Notes under the pieces: generated by a model
Database searches by the model: none
What the model was told of the DNA's origin: nothing
What the model saw: the letters and a program-made list of their open reading frames with translations, nothing else
Translations under genes and position numbers: made by a program
DNA from: Pecten maximus
Taxonomy: Eukaryota
Assembly: GCF_902652985.1 (NCBI RefSeq)
Contig: NC_047032.1
Location: forward strand, 12,462,001-12,526,000
Reading direction: 5' to 3'
DNA length: 64,000 nucleotides
Shown: positions 13,090-24,232 of the stretch, in pieces
How positions within the stretch are numbered: the first letter of the stretch is position 1
Layout of the letters: each line of letters begins with the position of its first letter

Positions 13090-13440
13090 GTCTAATGGTA
13101 TATATATATAGGAGGCAGGGCTACATGACCAAAGGGTCCCTACTTCGAATCCCAGCACAGTCAATCATTATATTATAAGATACTTTACTCAGTTGTGTTC
13201 CTGTCAACTTTGATGTAAATGAGGACGTGTTAGGGCAGAGCAAGAAATGTCGTGTGTAAGCTAGCGCTGTAAGCGGCTGGCTGTAGGCTGCTCAGGGAGT
13301 CGAGAAAGACATTGGCTGGTTGAATTGCTAAAGGCCTATATATAGCTAATAACCACAGATACTAATTTGTAAATATAAACTGCCTCGAGAAATCTATATT
13401 GCTGTGATAAAGCAGTATATAAGACTCCATATTATTGTTG
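13090..13440 (+). mobile_element. Highly decayed tRNA/CORE-like SINE
   Basis: B-box-like CTTCGAATCCCAG, a CORE-like ...TGTAAATGAGGAC, and a tail ending TATATAAGACTCCATATTATT. Confidence 0.4.
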
Positions 13441-13549
13441 TTTTTAATTGTTACCATGTTATTTGACCTGTTTTCTCATGATGACATTATCAGACCTTGA
13501 AAGTTTCCAACCATTTTACGTGATGTTTTTCAATGATTGTTTTGTACAG

Positions 13550-13639
13550 GGTCCGATGTTCAGATTTTGGTATCTAGGATTGGACAAAGCATTTAAGGGC
13601 ACAAAGTTAGGACCACTTAAAATGCTGGCTTGTGATCAG
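13550..13639 (+). CDS. MPV17: Mpv17 exon 3 (GPMFRFWYLGLDKAFKGTKLGPLKMLACDQ)
   Basis: AG/GT boundaries; GP...WY..LD and K...DQ motifs. Confidence 0.95.
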
Positions 13640-13959
13640 GTAATGTCCTCATTAATATTTATCTACACTTTCAAGTGATAATCCTATATCCTTGATTTTG
13701 TTTATTTTGATTTCTGTGGAGTTACATATGCCCCCTTTTAAGATGTCATTTTGCAATATGATGTTATATATGGGATGAGAGCTAAAAATCATTGCCCCTA
13801 GCTTGGCTTGCAATTCTAGATTTGAATTAAGCAGCTATTTTATAAACCTGCCATATTATTGTTCTCAATATAAATGATCATTTTAAGAATCATGTAGGGG
13901 ATATGTATTGCTTGCATGTTTGTTACATGCATATGTAAACAACATCATTTTCCAAGTGT

Positions 13960-14272
13960 TTTGTCCTGTTACAAGCATGTAAAATTGTGGGCATTAGGGG
14001 CCTGAAAGGTGAGGCCCCACAGGGGAAACAAAGTTTTAAAATCCTTCTTCTTTCCTCCTTCTGTAGAAATGAAAGTATTTGGCCTGAAGCTTCCATGGAT
14101 GAAGGGGAATCAATTTTGTATAAAAGTTCAGCTTCGGGTGGCCTGAGGGGAGGGTCCTAATACGGGAACAACAGCATTTAAAAAAAATTCCTTCTTCTGT
14201 AGAAATGTAGAGTTTTTTGCCACAATCACTGCGTTATCCAGGTTAGCGATACAGGCTCTTTGGGCCTTTTGT
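13960..14272 (+). mobile_element. 3' fragment of a Helentron-type HINE
   Basis: Ends CCAGGTTAGCGATACAGGCTCTTTGGGCCTTTTGTT (subTIR plus terminal hairpin), like the end at 24198-24232. Confidence 0.6.
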
Positions 14273-14569
14273 TCAAGTATTTTATCCTGTAATAAGCCCA
14301 GTGGGTCAATGCATCATTTTTCACTTATTAGGACTGGGCTCATTGAAGGAAGATATCAAATCACATATTGGCATTTTTTGATATGGAACTGCAATAGATA
14401 TCGGTGAGCTTCTACCTCAACATGGTTTTATTTGTGGATAAATATCGCTGTGCTTAATCTACACCAGCTTGACCGTCAGAAATAGATTTTTTTTATTTTT
14501 TTATAGGTTATCGCATTGTTACAGTATTGTAAACAAGATTTAAATACCAGCTTATGTATCTTATTGTAG

Positions 14570-14665
14570 CTGTTGTGGGCACCTTCTTTCCTGACATTTT
14601 TCCTGGGCACAATGGGAGCTCTTCGAGGAGACTCATCAAGTCAGATCAAAGAGAAGATATCAAAT
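14570..14665 (+). CDS. MPV17: Mpv17 exon 4 (LLWAPSFLTFFLGTMGALRGDSSSQIKEKISN)
   Basis: tag acceptor, GTAAGT donor, 96 nt, in frame. Confidence 0.93.
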
Positions 14666-14807
14666 GTAAGTCTTTTAAGATGTCAAAATTCCCACGACTG
14701 AAGTAAATTCTACTGAATATAACTTTTCATTTGTCTTGTCAGATTGAGGAAAACATGACATATACAATTGTACATTAAACATAGAATCTTCATACTTCTT
14801 TTAACAG

Positions 14808-14840
14808 GATATATGGCCAGTTTTACTTACCAATTGGAAG
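14808..14840 (+). CDS. MPV17: Mpv17 exon 5 (DIWPVLLTNWK)
   Basis: cag acceptor, GTATGT donor, 33-nt micro-exon, in frame. Confidence 0.9.
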
Positions 14841-14989
14841 GTATGTATCTTGTGTGAATCTGGTAGCAAACATAGCTAGCTATATTACACTGCAATACAG
14901 CTCTGTAGGTAAAGGGAGACAACTCATCATCTCTTACTCAGTTTTGTTAGTAGAGAGGTGGCTGATTTTGTGGGTAATTTTTACTGAAC

Positions 14990-15097
14990 TGGGATAGATA
15001 TATAGGTGAGCTTATTCTACTGAGCTAGAATAGATATATGGGTGAGCTTATTCTACTGAGCTAGAATAAATATATGGTTGAGCTTATTCTACTGAGC
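14990..15097. repeat. ~36-bp tandem repeat, 3 copies
   Basis: ATAGATATATGGGTGAGCTTATTCTACTGAGCTAGA repeated. Confidence 0.8.
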
Positions 15098-15759
15098 AGT
15101 TATTGACATACTGTTGGCTTATAACAAAGTATGGGCTTATTGTTGAATAGTTTATATGTTAATGGTGTAACGATTCACAGATGCATTGATGCTTTAAAAG
15201 TGTGTTGTTATCTCCCTTGACCAACATTAGTTTACGTTTTGTAGTAAACAACATGGCTGACAAGGCCATTCCAGCGGCTGATGAAGCTGCCTGTTGGAGT
15301 TCTTTCAAATCAAAATTATCTCAATTCAAGAACTCTTTGTGGGAAACAGACAAAACATGTGTTTTTGTAACAAATGTAGACAAAGAGTCTAATATTCCAG
15401 AAATACCACAAACACAAACATGACTGCTGTATGATGGAATACCAGATATCTGATTGGTCATCAGCTTCTCATATATCATGATACGTATCGTATCGTGACC
15501 CCTGTATCGCGATACAAATCATATCGCTACCCAACTTGTGATACACAGCTCTAATATTATTTAATTATTAATATATATTTACATACTGTACAGAATGTAC
15601 TTATGAATCTGAATTAGTGTACAATATTTAATTTTATTAAATGTGTACCTTGATGTTAATTTACCAAGAATTAGTCAAGTTAAAGTTGAATTTCATCATT
15701 TGTAAAGAAAATTTGTTTATGCATGTTTTAGCTGATGGTTTCCATTAATCTTTCAACAG

Positions 15760-15812
15760 ATATGGCCGGCAGTACAGTTAGTGAATTTCTATCTAGTTCC
15801 ACTACAACACAG
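15760..15812 (+). CDS. MPV17: Mpv17 exon 6 (IWPAVQLVNFYLVPLQH-R)
   Basis: Diagnostic WPAVQ..NF..VP motif; cag acceptor, GTAAGT donor. Confidence 0.97.
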
Positions 15813-16188
15813 GTAAGTGTGCTCAGGTATGCTTCTCACCTGTAAAAGTTATATCCATAACAGATCAATAAAGCATCAACACATTGAGTACATGGACCAG
15901 TTAAAAGTGTTTTCAATTTCAAATACAAACACAATAGACACTGAAAAAACAAGTTATATTCTGAGGAAGACCCAGCGATAGGGTCGAAACTAATAGACAA
16001 GTAAAGTCCCCACTAATAGGTAAAGCTTGAGTATGTTACGGTTATTATCTCCTCCCTATGATTAGTTTATCTGCTATAAACTGCCCGGCATACCTCCGGG
16101 ATGTCCATACTCAACGCGAAGTTCCACACTAAGATAACCCACAGATCTCCATCTGACGTTGGCTCCTCCCTCTCCGAATTAGTATTGT

Positions 16189-16374
16189 CAGGGCTTTTTC
16201 TGTGGATTTTTTGGGGCCGATAATGGGCCCCATTCCCAATTGAAATTATTTCATATTTAAGCCAAATTCCCAAAATTTGCAGTTTACTCCTGAAAAAAAC
16301 TTTCCCAATTCACCAATTTTCTTCCCAAAATGAGACAAAAAGGCCCTTTCCCTAACCAGTGAGAAAAAGCCCTG
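16189..16374. mobile_element. MITE with CAGGGCTTTTTCT TIRs (hAT-like); a decayed relative lies at about 55757-55890
   Basis: CAGGGCTTTTTCT ... AGAAAAAGCCCTG. No clean TSD. Confidence 0.65.
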
Positions 16375-16752
16375 TTTGTGCAACTATAGAGCTAACATTC
16401 AATGATCTATAACCATATATATATTTTACATAACTGTATACCTTGATTCTGGCATAGAGGATTTCAATCCTGCACAAGAAATATTTTAATCTATTCAAAT
16501 CGAAAATTGTACAGATGGCCCGTCCCGTCCTGATGCAATGTAGCTAGCTAATCTCAGGAACTGCTGAGGTTTCAGGGTGTCAAGTGGCAGCGGGGGCATT
16601 TATGTCCCCCAGACAATTTACCGTTATGACATCAAAATCATTGTGCAGCAAAAATGCCCTAAAGTAAATTTACCGTTATCAAAATAAATGTAATGCAATC
16701 CCACCCTTTTGCAAACAAGGTTCATATCTAATATAAAAAATAAGCTAGGACT

Positions 16753-16843
16753 CGGTCAATATGGTGTTATACCAACCTGGTAGTCTGGCTTCGCCCTCGG
16801 TCAATATTTGATTCTACCAGGTCAGTATGACACCATATTGACC
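16753..16843. repeat. Foldback hairpin
   Basis: GGTCAATATGGTGTTATACCAACCTGGTAG ... CTACCAGGTCAGTATGACACCATATTGACC. Confidence 0.7.
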
Positions 16844-16924
16844 TCCCTAAAGGTCCATGATTGATAAATATTGAAATTTTCCATATTAATCACAAAGTTG
16901 AGTCATTTCATGTCTTCCTTGTAG

Positions 16925-17024
16925 GGTGTTGGTTGTTAACTTTGTTGCCCTTGGTTGGAATACTTACATGGCGTGGGTTTCTGAGAAAGAACTTACAGAC
17001 AGCACCAAGGAAGCAGCTCATTGA
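16925..17024 (+). CDS. MPV17: Mpv17 exon 7 (VLVVNFVALGWNTYMAWVSEKELTDSTKEAAH*)
   Basis: WN.Y motif, TGA stop. Spliced CDS is 552 nt (183 aa). Exon sizes 96/33/53 match my recollection of human MPV17. Confidence 0.95.
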
Positions 17025-17960
17025 CAACAGAAAATACCTAGAATATGGTAAATATAATGAATTACATTGAAATTCATTGATAACAACGAGTGTCACATCA
17101 GATAATATGTAAATGCTCTCACGATTACTATCTGTCCATTGCTCCATCTGTCCATTGCTCCATCTGTCCATAGTCTTAATGTGTTTCAAATTGTTTCAGG
17201 TGTATGAAATAATTGATCTTCACTTGTGGTTACATTGTCTAATGCTCTGTAGACTAGGCTTTTGTGGCTTCTTCAAAACATGTAACACGTATAAAGATTT
17301 TTAAAATATTTAAGATATACAATGATTGATGAAACTCATCTCAATGAACCATGCAGCTCATCTGGGCCTCTTGTTTTCCAATGTATTTAATATTTGATTT
17401 AAAAAATGATTTCATTATCTTAGTTTCATTTAAAATACATGTATATTATGATATTTTGATTTATATCTTAATTATCATAAGAATATATTTTTGGAAAGAT
17501 AGAAAATTATTATATCTATTTTATATTTCAAGATGAAATGCTTTATCCCAAACATAGACACAATGCTTCCGATCTAATTGTATTTTCTGCTTAAACCCAA
17601 GGTATATGTCCAAGGATTGGCAGATGGAAGTTTACTACATGTATATCAATGTCACAAGGAGAAATTTATATGGAAAAAAAACAAAGAAAGAAGAATCTGA
17701 GTATAAAAGACAAAATGCTGTATTTGAACTTATGAATGTGTTTTCCTGTATGTATAGCTATACACCTGTATGAAGTGAAGAGTGTTTTAGGTGTACAAAC
17801 CATTTCTGATATTATTGCAACGCAATGATGCCATAGATTATTAAGTAACCTTAATAATTGTAGAGTGAGGATGTCATTTGTGGATTACCTTGTATATTGA
17901 TTACAAAACTTATTACATTTTTGTATATTTGATAATCATGATAATTTTGATTGATATGTA

Positions 17961-18404
17961 CGAGGGCTGATTGATAAGTTGTGAGCTATGTATTGAAGGA
18001 TTTGAATTTTGCCAGACATATTGTATTATTTTTCAACACAATCCCCTTCAGTATTTATACACCAGCGGTGTTTAAGGGCCTCAATGCCACTTTTATAGAA
18101 CTCCTTTCCTTGGCTGTTCAGAAAGTCGTTCACTGCATGTAAGGTTTATGGTTAGGGTTAGGGTGTCTGAAATAGCTATGTTCAGTTTTGGAAATAGATG
18201 AAAGTCAAATGGAGCAAAATCAGTTGAATAAAGTGGATGCTCAATCAATTTAAAGCCAGAATCGTGAATTGGCAGCCATTGCAATGACAGACTCTTTCGC
18301 CCTAACCCTAAACGGCCCTATATAGTCAGGGAATAGTATGACTTCAATAGAACATTCTTGAGTACCTCCTTCAATACGAGGCTCACAACATGTCAATCAG
18401 CCCT
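17961..18404 (-). mobile_element. Internally deleted mariner (Tc1/mariner) transposon remnant
   Basis: TA-CGAGGGCTGATTGATAAGTTGTGAGC ... GCTCACAACATGTCAATCAGCCCT TIRs. Minus-strand peptide HPLYSTDFAPFDFHLFPKL is a decayed mariner HPPYSPDLAPxDF motif. Confidence 0.85.
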
Positions 18405-18413
18405 GTGCTCTTA

Positions 18414-18910
18414 GTTATTAGTCCCCTACCGGTGAAACCTTCAGGACTATAGGTTTCCTCCCCATCTGTCTTCTTTCTGTCTGTCAGAAGGGGCCGCGGT
18501 GGCCGAGTGGTTAAGGTGTACCGACACTTTATCACTAGCCCTCCACCTCTGGGTTGCGAGTTCGAAACCTACGTGGGGCAGTTGCGAGGTACTGATCGTA
18601 GGCCGGTGGTTTTTCTCCGGGTGCTCCGGCTTTCCTCCACCTCCTAAACCTGGCACGTCCTTAAATGACCCTGGCTGTTAATAGGACGTTAAACAAAAAC
18701 AAACCAAACTGTCTGTCAGGCCGTTCACTCAGTTTGCCACACTTTTCTCAGCCATTCTTCAAGGAAAGTTGGTGAAAGTTGGTATGTAACTTCAATACGA
18801 CTACCTAGAGATTAAGTTCGAGTTTCAGGTTTTTTGGTCAAGATCAAAGTCACTGCTACTCTTGTTAGCGGGCCGGTAGGGAACATGTATTGTTTTAGTA
18901 ATATCTATTT
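18414..18910 (+). mobile_element. Short HINE-like element interrupted by a V-SINE
   Basis: subTIRs GTCCCCTACCGG / CCGGTAGGGAAC, a (CTGT)n microsatellite and a 3' hairpin. Confidence 0.55.
18488..18708 (+). mobile_element. Full-length tRNA-derived V-domain SINE
   Basis: A and B boxes, V-like TTTTTCTCCGGGTGCTCCGGCTTTCCTCC, tail CCTTAAATGACCCTGGCTGTTAATAGGACGTTAAAC(AAAC)n, TSD CTGTCTGTCAG. Confidence 0.9.
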
Positions 18911-19269
18911 TATAAGAAAATCTTGTCAATTTACTTTTAATTTATTCATCTACTTGATTCATTAATGATTCACACTGGTTTATGCTTTGTTGATTGATTT
19001 TACTGATAATATGTTTAACAAATATGATCTACAATATTTTCTCTCAAAAACATTGTCTGTTTTTAATTCATATAACTTTATAATGAGAAATTATAAAAAA
19101 AAAAAATGTAGAAAACTTTACATAACCTTGAATACTATGCAAGAAATGCGATTTTGTATGTTAAAAATCGGTAGGTATTATGGGTGGATTTCCCTGAAAA
19201 TTGGACATGTATTTTCATGTGAATATCGATGACTTACTATATAGACATAGGAAATATTATTCAAGTGAT

Positions 19270-20342
19270 TTTTAGCTCACCTGCCCGAAGGGCAAGTGAG
19301 CTTATGCCGTGGCGCGGCGTCCGTCGTCCGTCCGGCCGTCCGTTCGGTGTCAACTTTTCCATTCAAGCAACTTCTTCTCAATAACCAAAAGGCCCAGCGA
19401 CCTAATATTGGGTCTGTAGCATGCTGGGGTGAAGGGCTACCAAGTTTGTTCAAATGAATGACCTTGACCTTCATTCAAGGTCATAGGAGTAAAAAAGGCT
19501 AAAATCTTTAAACGACTTCTTCTCAATAACCAACAGTTCCAGAGACCTAATATTTGGCCTGTAGCATGCTAGGGTGAAGGGCTCCAAAGTTTGTTCAAAT
19601 GAATGACCTTGACCTTCATTCAAGGTCACAGGAGTTAAAAAGGCTAAAATCTTTAAACAACTTCTTCTCAATAACCAAGAGTCCCAGGGAGTTGATATTG
19701 GGTCTGTAAAATGCTGGGGTGAAGGGCTACCAAGTTTGTTCAAATGAATTACCTTGACCTTCATTCAAGGTCACAGGAGTCAAAAAGGCTAAAATCTTGA
19801 AACGACTTCTTCTCAATAACCAAGAGTCCCATGGAGTTGATATTGGGTCTGTAGCATGCTGCGGTAAAGGGCTACCAAGTTTGTACAATTGAATGACCTT
19901 GACCTTCATTCAAGGTCACAGGAGTCAAAAAGGCTAAAAATTTTAAATGACTTCTCAATAACCAACAGTCCCAGAGACCTAATATTTGGCCTGTAGTATG
20001 CTGGGGAAAGGGCTCTCAAGTTTGTTCAAATGAATTACCTTGACCTTCATTCAAGGTCACAGGAGTCAAAAAGGCTAAAATCTTGAAACGACTTCTCAAT
20101 AACCAAGAGTCCCATGGAGTTAATATTGGGTCTGTAGCATGCTGGGGTGAAGGGCTACCAAGTTTTTTCAAATGAATGACCCTGACTCACATTCAAGGTC
20201 ACGTCGATCAAGTATGCTTAAATCTTTAAATGACTTTTAGTGAAAAGCCAAAGTGCAGAGAAACATTATATTGGTCCTGTAGCATGCTTTCAAATAACTG
20301 CAGGATCCATACATGAAAAGATCACTGCATTGCAGGTGAGCG
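19270..20342 (+). mobile_element. Helentron-associated non-autonomous element (HINE/DINE-1/pearl-type) with about 6 x 145-bp internal repeats
   Basis: TTTT-AGCTCACCTG subTIR plus IR (GTGAGCT), (GTCC)n microsatellite, 145-bp array, 3' CAGGTGAGCG. Confidence 0.85.
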
Positions 20343-20896
20343 TTGTTATACAATTTATATAAAAACTGTTATTGACACAAGAAGATTTCAGTTTACATTT
20401 TGCATAACATTTTTGTAGCTAATCTGCTTCGCTGCAAAACCATTATACAAAATGTAAACTAAACACTTCTGGTGTCACCAACAATTTTTATACATAGATG
20501 TACATGTATATATCATAAAAGGAAAAAAATTAGATATCATGTTTGCGTAAAACAACGAGCCCAACACAGAGGTTCTTTTGATGGTCCAATTTTCAATAGA
20601 TGGTGGCTCCTTCATAGAAATCAGACCATTGGAAGAGCCTCTATGTTGAGCTTGTTGTTTTACACACACATTACCTGCATTTTTGGTGAGATCTCTTGTA
20701 TACACTTGTGTCCATGGCAGGTTCATCTAGATTTCTACGATTCACTACCTTCTGGGACATAGTATCTCCATCCAAAAATATTAATATTATTTAGCAATTG
20801 CTTAGATATGTATTAATTTTTAATACAACTGTCAAAATAAGACACAATATGGTTTGGTCTTGTCTGCATATCTTTTTTTAAGTTTTGCTTGTGTGG

Positions 20897-21115
20897 AGGA
20901 GCCTTGGTGGCCAAGTGGTTAAGGTGGCCTGACACTTTATCACTAGCTCTCCACCTCTCGGTTACGAGTTCGAAACCTACGTGAGGCAGTTGCCAGGTAC
21001 TGATTGCAGGTCGGTGGTTTTTCTCCGGGTACCCCGGCTTTCCTCCACGTCCAAAACCTGACACATCCTTAAATGACCCTAGCTGTTAATAGGACGTTAA
21101 ACAAAAACAAACAAA
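20897..21115 (+). mobile_element. V-domain SINE, older copy
   Basis: Matches the 18488 copy with CpG decay; degenerate TSD TTGCTTGTGTGG / TTGCTCACGTGG. Confidence 0.9.
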
Positions 21116-21146
21116 TTGCTCACGTGGTTTGTATGATGATTGTTTC

Positions 21147-21452
21147 ACTTCAATTTGGTGTAGTTTTCAAAGATGACCTAGATCTAGGCACAGGGGCTTA
21201 ACACGTTCATGTGACCAAGAATGAAACATTTTCCCCCCAAACTTCATTTTGGTGTAGTGGTTAAGGATGGCCCAGATTCAAACACGGGCTTGAAAAGTTC
21301 CTTTGACCAAGAATGAAAAAATTACCCCAGGCACTTCAATTTAGTACAGTGGTCATAAATGGCCTAGATTCAAGCACAGGGTCTGACCTCTGGATCGCTT
21401 ATTATTGAGGTTTAATTCTGGGTCATAGGAACCGACGTGTCATGCCCCTGTG
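21147..21452. repeat. ~93-bp tandem triplication overlapping a CACAGGG-TIR MITE
   Basis: (C)ACTTCA.TTT(G/A)GT units at about 21147, 21241 and 21333; right TIR GTGTCATGCCCCTGTG. Confidence 0.6.
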
Positions 21453-21569
21453 GGTTCAAGAAACAACTCAACATCACATGTAGACAGTAATGTTTCATCA
21501 TTGGCACAAATCAGTTAGAACCATTAGAAACGATGCTACAGTTTATAACTCATCAATTGTTTTACCTAG

Positions 21570-22022
21570 TCATTAAATATATAATTTTTATTACATTTTT
21601 ACCAGTGAAATATCAAAAATTATTCATTCTATAAAAGTGATATTTTTCACTAGTGAAAAATATCACTTTTGCTGATTTGACCAATCAAATTAATGATTAG
21701 AAAATACCAAAATAATTGACCATGCAATCAGAAAGCCTGACATATATGTCAGCACCTGGACAGGGGGAACTACATGCACTTGTAAACGTATGCAAACTTT
21801 CGTTGTAGGCCTAGTTAGCATATGGGGTAGGTTTTTCGTTGATAAAAAATGTAATAAACAGAATATCTAACAGTGTCTTCAGTAATACCAAATATATTTC
21901 ACTCGTGCGGCTAATATTTTGATATTTTTCACTCGTGCTGCGCACTCGTGAAAAATATCAAAATATTAGCCCCACTCGTGAAATATATTTGGTATTACTG
22001 AAGACACAGTTAGATATCCTCT
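21570..22022. mobile_element. Non-autonomous DNA element with a ~160-bp terminal hairpin (21860-22022)
   Basis: Near-perfect arms ATATCTAACAGTGTCTTCAGTAATACCAAATATATTTCAC... and its reverse complement. Left boundary is approximate. Confidence 0.7.
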
Positions 22023-22377
22023 ATATATCTCTATATAGAATCAGGAAGTGTTGCATACTACAATGAAGCCCCTTGGACCTTTATTTACTTACTTCGTAGT
22101 TATAGCCCTTTGTTTTTCTTGTTCAGACTAAAGCTTCATCAATCTGACTATTACTGAAGCAGGTGAAAACCAAGTGATGGCTTAGAGGGGCCCTGTCCTT
22201 TATGAAGATGAAGACCTTGAAGGCAGGTACCTGTCAATTAGAACCTTTCTGAATAATTAGTATCCAAATCCTTCTGTGTTTATGATATTTGACTTGTATA
22301 GTTGATATTGACTGAAAACAGCTATCACTTTACAAGCTGCAGAAAAGGGCCTCTTGTGTAAGTTAATGGGAGGGCGA

Positions 22378-22655
22378 GGGTGTGTGAGGGTATGTAGACA
22401 TGGGCCTGACAGTATGTGTGAGGGTATGTAGACATGGGCCTGACAGTATGTGTGAGGGTATGTAGACATGGGCCTGTGTGAGGGTATGTATACATGGGCC
22501 TGACAGTATGTGTGAGGGTATGTAGACATGGGCCTGACAGTATGTGTGAGGGTATGTAGACATGGGCCTGTGTGAGGGTATGTATGTGTAGTTGAGGGGT
22601 GGATGAGGGTATGTAGGTGTGTGTCTTCACAGCATGTGAGGGTGTATGTATGTGT
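22378..22655. repeat. 34/26-bp minisatellite (TGTGTGAGGGTATGTAGACATGGGCC[TGACAGTA])
   Basis: Tandem periodicity read directly, about 6-8 copies. Confidence 0.9.
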
Positions 22656-22826
22656 ATTTCATTTTCTTTGAGAGTTGAAAGGCGAAATTATTTTAATTCA
22701 TAACATGAAATGTTTGTGAGTAATTTTTTTTAATCATTTAAGAGACCATTCATTAGTACCTGATATAAAATATATATCAGTTTAACATTTCACTAAAATT
22801 TGCAATAATAAAACTGTGAATGAAAG

Positions 22827-22917
22827 CATAGGGACAAGGCATGAATTTCCATGGTCCATTTATATATATTATACTGTATATGGACTGTAGATTGTAAATT
22901 TGTGTCAAGTCCCTGTG
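22827..22917. mobile_element. Decayed palindromic MITE of the 51601 family
   Basis: CATAGGGACAAGGCA...ATGGTCCAT(TA)n ... TGTCAAGTCCCTGTG. Confidence 0.55.
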
Positions 22918-23061
22918 ATTGAAGTTATTATAGAAATCATTGATATAATGAACAACAAACTACATAACCTCATAGTTTACTATGCTATATTTATCCGGCG
23001 ATAAGTCCATCTATGGCAATGCTCCCACTATGACTTTGTATCTAGTTTTGTGTGTTATCAA

Positions 23062-23280
23062 GGGGCCACAGTGGCCGAGTGGTTAAGGTTTCCCGACACT
23101 TTATCACTAGCCCTCCACCTCTGGGTTGCGAATTCGAAACATACGTGGGGCAGTTGCCAGGTACTGACCATAGGCCGGTGGTTTTTCTCCGGGTACTCCG
23201 GCTTTCCTCCACCTCCAAAACCTGGCACGTCCCTAAATGACCCTGGCTGTTAATAGGACGTTAAACAAAACAAACCAAAC
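23062..23280 (+). mobile_element. Full-length V-domain SINE
   Basis: Near-identical to the 18488 copy. Confidence 0.9.
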
Positions 23281-23482
23281 CCTGGGAAAAAACTGAAAAG
23301 TAGGTCACTCTGACCTAAATCAAAGAAAAATGTTTTCGGCTTTATCTCCTACATTATATTGTACTTGTCAATTTATCTTCAAACTTGGTGTACGAGTTCA
23401 CCTAATTCACTACGAATTTATAATTATCTGTGCATTCTTGGCATGTAATTTCACATCCTTTGGGGAGTAATTTACCTAATTG

Positions 23483-24232
23483 TTAGCTTTGACCAAGGTG
23501 AGCTTATGCCATACTGTAGCGTCCGTCATCCGTCCGTCCGTCAACAATTGACTTCTTCTCCATAACCACAGATCAGAATTTAACCAAATTTGGTCAGAAG
23601 CATCCCTGTGGGGTGGGGACTCAAAATTGTACAAATGGTGGAGCTGACCCCCAGGGGGCCTGAGGGGCGAGGCCAAAATGGGTCAATATAGCTATATTGA
23701 TATAAACGACTTCTTCTCTGAAACCGAGCAATGGATATTGCTCATATTTGCTTGGTAGCATCACTGTTCAAAATTGTACAAATGATGGGGCTGACCCCCA
23801 AGGGGCTGAGGGGTGGGGCCAAAAGGGGTCAATTTGGCTAAATTGATATGAACAACTTCTCTGAAATAGCTCATATTTGACTGGTAGCATCCTTTTGGGT
23901 AGGGATTAAAAATTTTATAAAGGGAGGAATTGACACCCAGGGTGCAGAAGGCAGGGTAAAAAGTGGTCAATTGGTTTGAACAACTTCTTTTCTGAAACTA
24001 AGCAATGGATATCACTCACATTTGTGTGGTAGCATCCCTATGAGGTTTCACCAAAAGTCAATTTCATTTCATGGATTAATGCATTTTTTTGGCATAAAAA
24101 CCTCACATACCCATATAAAATGCCTATGATATACTGACATAGCAATACCAGTGACAAATATACTTAATCATCATTCTTGTTTCATATCTCATGAAATCCA
24201 GGTGAGCGATACAGGCCCTCTGGGCCTCTTGT
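23483..24232 (+). mobile_element. HINE-type element with ~150-bp degenerate internal repeats
   Basis: AGGTGAGCTTATGCC...(GTCC)n head; 3' CCAGGTGAGCGATACAGGCCCTCTGGGCCTCTTGT. Confidence 0.8.

Noticed and set aside
18150-18312. Telomeric TTAGGG/CCCTAA repeats
   Set aside because: Only about two units each, inside the mariner remnant; not a telomere or fusion site.
18488-18575. tRNA genes at SINE heads (also 23062, 33555, 40242)
   Set aside because: The A and B boxes run straight into SINE bodies and tails, some with TSDs; no complete cloverleaf.
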